Below, piece after piece: positions 58,358-64,000 of a stretch of 64,000 bases of DNA. The notes under the pieces were generated by a model. That model made no database searches. It saw nothing but the letters and a program-made list of their open reading frames with translations, and was not told where the DNA came from. The first letter of the stretch is position 1. Each line of letters opens with the position of its first letter. The DNA comes from Amoebidium appalachense. Taxonomy: Eukaryota; Protista; Ichthyosporea. The stretch spans positions 7,373,312-7,437,311 of the forward strand of contig CAVNZM010000003.1 in the NCBI GenBank assembly GCA_963693365.1. Reading direction: 5' to 3'. A program made the translations under genes and the position numbers.

Positions 58358-58560
58358 GTCCCGCAGCGTCGTAGGCCGCCACGGCCACTTACCGTAAGCC
58401 AGCGAGTACAAAGCCTTGGAGACTAATTATCTCTAGTCTCCAAGAAGACCAATTACTTGTGCGATGTCTCCAAGGATACCTACCCACTGGCTTACGTAAG
58501 TGGCCGGGCACTACTACGCCACGGGACAGCGACATAAAAAAAAAAAAAAAAAAAAAGAAA
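58358..58560. other. Long imperfect hairpin followed by poly(A)
   Basis: 58382-58402 pairs with 58487-58506; 58414-58423 pairs with 58466-58475; 58358-58363 pairs with 58522-58527. A-run starts at 58536. Confidence 0.7.
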
Positions 58561-58631
58561 AGAAAAAGAGGCCGCAGGGAAGACGTCGACAGCACAGAGA
58601 GTGACTATTATATTTCTGAAATGTAAATACG

Positions 58632-58794
58632 CAGGGGTTGCCTGGGTTTGGCGCTCTTAATCGTATTTAGGCAAATTCCGAGTATTTTGACACCTTTCAG
58701 GATCGTATTTACTAATTGGATGCCCCCTTTTAATCGGACTGCGTGGTTTTCTAAACCGTATTTTGGGTCGATACGATTCGTAAGGCAAACCCTG
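58632..58794. mobile_element. MITE-like element, 163 bp, with 11-bp TIRs
   Basis: CAGGGGTTGCC ... GGCAAACCCTG (1 mismatch). Flanks tgtaaatacg and tttaaatacg match at 9 of 10 positions. Internal repeated CGTATTT motifs. Confidence 0.65.
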
Positions 58795-59176
58795 TTTAAA
58801 TACGTGTATTTAGATGATTCTCGGATTTGATCCTCGAATATGGCCCAACCTCGGTCGAAGCGTGTATGTCAAGCTCGAGGATTTCAAAGGCCACGCCAGA
58901 GCCATGTCATACATATCCTTGATTGAATCGTCCTCAGTCGTATGCATGTGACTGGTTTGTGTGTGTACCGTGATGTTTGGCGCGTGACGTCCGTGGTTTA
59001 TGTACATGGACCGTCTACAATGCAGTCCACGAGTGCACTGGCCGGCCTTTTGAAGGCGTCACGTGTAGAACATGTACACTGGTCTCCAGCCATGGCGTCC
59101 CCCCCCCCCCCCCCCCCCCTCTCCCCCCCCCCCCCCCCCCCGGCCCCTGCCCGCTGAACAATCCCATCCCCTAGGC

Positions 59177-59210
<34 letters not shown>

Positions 59211-59447
59211 AGGGCCCCCGGCCAGCCCCCTCCCCCCCTCCCCCCTCCCTACCCCGCTCCCCCCCCCCCCCCCCACGGCCGGGCCGGCCGACCCCCCTGC
59301 CCGGCCACATGATGATGTCACCATATCATATGGTCCCGTGACAAGTAGGACTGTTTTGAAAATGTACATGTGACAGTAATGTTGGCCCACACTATAATTA
59401 GTACATGATCACTGCTCTGCCTGTAGCTACGAGTCAGGTTGAACTTT

Positions 59448-59648
<201 letters not shown>

Positions 59649-59989
59649 CCTCTCCCACGATTCAATTGATTCGAGCGCCCTGATTGGCTGTACAATCTTT
59701 TTTTCTCTCTCTTTTTCTTGGCATCTCACGTGAGACCGGGTCTCCCATTCCCCCAAACCCCTATCCCCCAAAACCCAACCTCTGACCGAGGTTGGGAATA
59801 AATATTTCTGTGAAGAAATATGTTCTGAAGACTAAGTATTTATAGTTGTGAGTTTGTGAAGTTTATGTACAGTAAGTTCAGTGAGCGGCCGCACTGCCGC
59901 GACCAAGGCCCCGGCTGCGAGGGCTGCTGCAGCCGCACAGTGAAGAACGTGTACACTCTGCTAGGGACCTACTCAGTTATACAAAATTT

Positions 59990-60034
<45 letters not shown>

Positions 60035-60571
60035 CCGCCGCCCCTCCGGCCTCCTCCCCCATAGGCTTTTTTGATTTTGAATCGGGAAGACATTTAGTGG
60101 AGTATTAGTATTATTATTAGGATTGGCTCCCGGGGAGGGGGAACTCACCACCCCTCCACTGGCTGGGGGGGGGGGGGGGGGGGATCAACCGACCCTCCGA
60201 GTAGCTCCCCCCCCCCAGGGAGGGGGAGGGGGGGGGAGGACCTACCACCACCCAGGGGGGGGAAGGGGACTACCCAAAAATGGCCAATATCATCAGGTAT
60301 GTATATTGAATATAAACTTGGAAACATGATTGCATTGGCACCTTCTCAGAGACACAAGTGTGCGAGCGCTCTCGGGCACGCTCACAGACTGCCGCAGGGC
60401 CCATGATATGATATTCTCTGTCGTAGCACACAAGGATGTGCGCCCACACGAGTTTCCCACATTCTGATTCCCTTTTTTTCTCTCTTTCTCCCCCTCCCCC
60501 CCCCCCCCCCCACCACCACCACCACCACCCCGCCCTCTCTTTAGCTCTCTGTCCCCCTCCTCCACCCCCCC

Positions 60572-60605
<34 letters not shown>

Positions 60606-61259
60606 GGCCCCCGGTTATCTGTCTAGTGCAACTTCATCCATGCATGATCACCATCCTGCATTATCACCAACAACAGAAACACACACATAAATACTGTGGC
60701 CATGCAAACACACATGCCACGGAAGGCACACACGTGCAAATTTGTGTCAGAGAATTTTAAAAGAGTCTTAATCACTAAATCACTGAAACACACACACACA
60801 ACACACACACACACACACATAACACAAGCACACGCACAGACAACCACCTACTGAAACACACGTATGCACCATTACACCCACACACGTGCTCACACGTGAA
60901 ATAACATGTAATTTCCCACATGCTAAAAGCGCACTGCATCCACACAGCTTGCACATGTCACCACGATGTTTACTCGCACACTGTCAGACCACTACAGTGA
61001 ATATTAGTAGTGCCGAATGCCCACCCACCTTACGGACTCACTCAAGCGATCCCACGTAAAAGTCGCAGACACACATTCCCTATGACATGTTGTTCATGAT
61101 AGCTCTGCCCTTATAAAAAATCGGAACGCTGTTCAAAATAAAGGAAAGAAGTACGAACTTAATATGGTCAATGATGGTGGATGAGAGGGGGGGGGGGGGG
61201 GGGGGGGGGGGGGAGGGGAAGGGGGGGGGGGGGGGGCGCCTCCCAGAAACATAAATTGA

Positions 61260-61587
61260 GAGGGGGGTGCTCAGCCATTGCCAGGGAGGCTCCTGTCGGA
61301 CGAGTCCCCCGGAGGGGGGGGGGGGGGGGAGGGGAGGAAGGCCACCACCGAGGTGGGTCCCTCCTCCTCCCGCAGGGGGGAGGAGGGGGGGGGGAGAGAC
61401 CCACCACCTCAGCAGTCAGCTTGGGGAAAGGAGGGGAAGTGGGACCCACTACCCCCTCGAGTGGGTTCCAACCCCTCGAGCAGGTGGGTCCCCCCGCCCA
61501 CGCGCGTGGGGTCGGGGGGGGAGGGGAGGGGGGGAGGGGGGAAGGGGGGGGAGAGAGAGCCAACACCAGGAGGGACTTCAATACTTA
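61260..61587. repeat. G/C-run-rich dispersed repeat copy
   Basis: Ends caccaggagggacttcaatactta (homologous to 12329-12352). Internal gggacccac and gtgggtccc motifs. Confidence 0.55.
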
Positions 61588-62066
61588 CCACTGTAACCCC
61601 CCATTTTATATTCATTTTAATTTCAAAAAATTCCTTATCTCCTCTCCTGCCTCCTACATCCGGAAATGCCCCGCATATTCAGCCTCTTAAATTGGTAACT
61701 TTTGTCTGTTTCAGGCTCACCTCCACCCAGCTCCTGCTCTCAATTGATTCCTTGGGATTTGAATCTATCCCCCTTCCACTCCCCACATCCCACCCTCTCC
61801 CCCCCTGTTCTCCCCGCTCTCCCACCAGCCACCCACCGACCCACCCACCCACCCATCCCACATCATCATATTTACAAGTACACGTGCAGGGTAGTACATA
61901 CACCACAAGGCACACTGTGTCACGTGGTGTGATTTACTGTGTCACGTGGTGTGATTTTTGTTCCCACATACACATCAATGTGCCTACACGATCAAGCACC
62001 CCAATACGAACAAACATAAGTTGAAGGACACAAGTGGACAAGCTCCACGCCATACACGGAACCCAG

Positions 62067-62097
<31 letters not shown>

Positions 62098-62246
62098 ACG
62101 AACACAAAGTCACAAAGTCAAATTTACACTTTCCAAGAAAATCATTTTATTTTCTACAAGTGTTGCACACTGGCCCCCAAGTTAATATAACGAGCCAGGG
62201 CTGGGAGTGTGGGAATGGGGGGCGGCGGCAGCGGCGGCGGCGGCGG

Positions 62247-62290
<44 letters not shown>

Positions 62291-62486
62291 AGATAGGTGT
62301 GTGAGTGGTTGGGTGGGGAGGGGGTGGGGAGGGGATGATGATCAAAAGCTACCTAGACCTCACCCAGTTTGATAGTGCCCAAATTGGGCGCCTGTGAGAG
62401 AAAAAGCGGTGGGGGATGACGAGGGGTAGGGGTGGGAGCTCGAGGGGATGAGAGTTTGAGGGAAGGGGGGAGGGGGGGGGGGAGGG

Positions 62487-62521
<35 letters not shown>

Positions 62522-62789
62522 CTCTGAGCTTATTATGTGGTTGCATGTAGTGCCTAAGCTGTCAAAAGCCAAGGACAACCATTGTGAACTTGTCTGGCAA
62601 CGATTGTGGGCCCAGATTACATTTTGACCTGTGTGCGGGTACATTTGCCACGTCGTGCCACATTGCGCATGTACATTTCTTTCGCCTTATTCTCTCTCTC
62701 TCTGTGTGTAGGTGAGTTGCGAATAGTGCACGTGGCGCTTCGTACATGCATGAACGCCTGCCACCTTTATGTATGTGTACCCCAACCCC

Positions 62790-63484
<695 letters not shown>

Positions 63485-63849
63485 AGGACTCACGGTGTAG
63501 TTGGAGTTCAGAAAATCACCGAGCCAGTCTACACATCATGATTCCTCCACTTCCATGACTCGATATATACATTACATCGTTTAACGGTGTCTTGCAATGC
63601 AGGCATGGATTCATATGTAAGGCAGAGTTTCAGGGCCTGAGTGATGGCCTTTCCACTTCATCGACAAAACTCCCGGACCCAGTTGCAAGCAAAATTCCCA
63701 GTTTAAAAGCAAACAATGGATCAAACCAGGGGATGTTTTTTTTGCTACTTGGTAAGTTGTGCCATATTTGGCAATGCCGAATGTGCAACAATATTGCACC
63801 GTGCCATTCTTACTAAGAAGATCAAATGTCTCAAACATGGCTGCATTTC

Positions 63850-64000
<151 letters not shown>

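Noticed and set aside
63497-63848. Possible minus-strand exon bounded by AG and GTGAGT
   Set aside because: No open frame found across the interval and no recognisable domain. It could be UTR or a pseudo-exon of a gene outside the window.

Overview
Eukaryotic nuclear DNA with many introns, standard genetic code and mostly GT-AG introns. The species cannot be assigned from sequence alone; a unicellular opisthokont or holozoan-like protist is only a guess. Introns and spacers are full of poly-G/poly-C tracts and (CA)n/(GT)n, (CT)n and (GCAC)n microsatellites, so almost all ORFs in the supplied track are spurious. By joining exons by hand I recover seven multi-exon gene models: (1) RRP6/EXOSC10, minus strand, running off the left edge; (2) an AMP deaminase-like gene lacking both catalytic segments and carrying several lesions; (3) a membrane-anchored ankyrin-repeat protein with one repeat per phase-0 exon; (4) COMMD2; (5, 6) a head-to-head pair of DUF4436-like membrane proteins with ligand-gated-channel-like motifs, one copy carrying an in-frame TAA; (7) a crystallin J1/SelJ-type ADP-ribosylglycohydrolase homolog (Cys form) with one CG acceptor. 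Non-coding signals are a decayed HTH/transposase-like ORF, a small TIR element, two dispersed repeat families, a 25-bp minisatellite, a CArG-box array, a cluster of ten CCAAT boxes inside a coding exon, and a long hairpin followed by poly(A). No database searches were run; family calls rest on recognised motifs.
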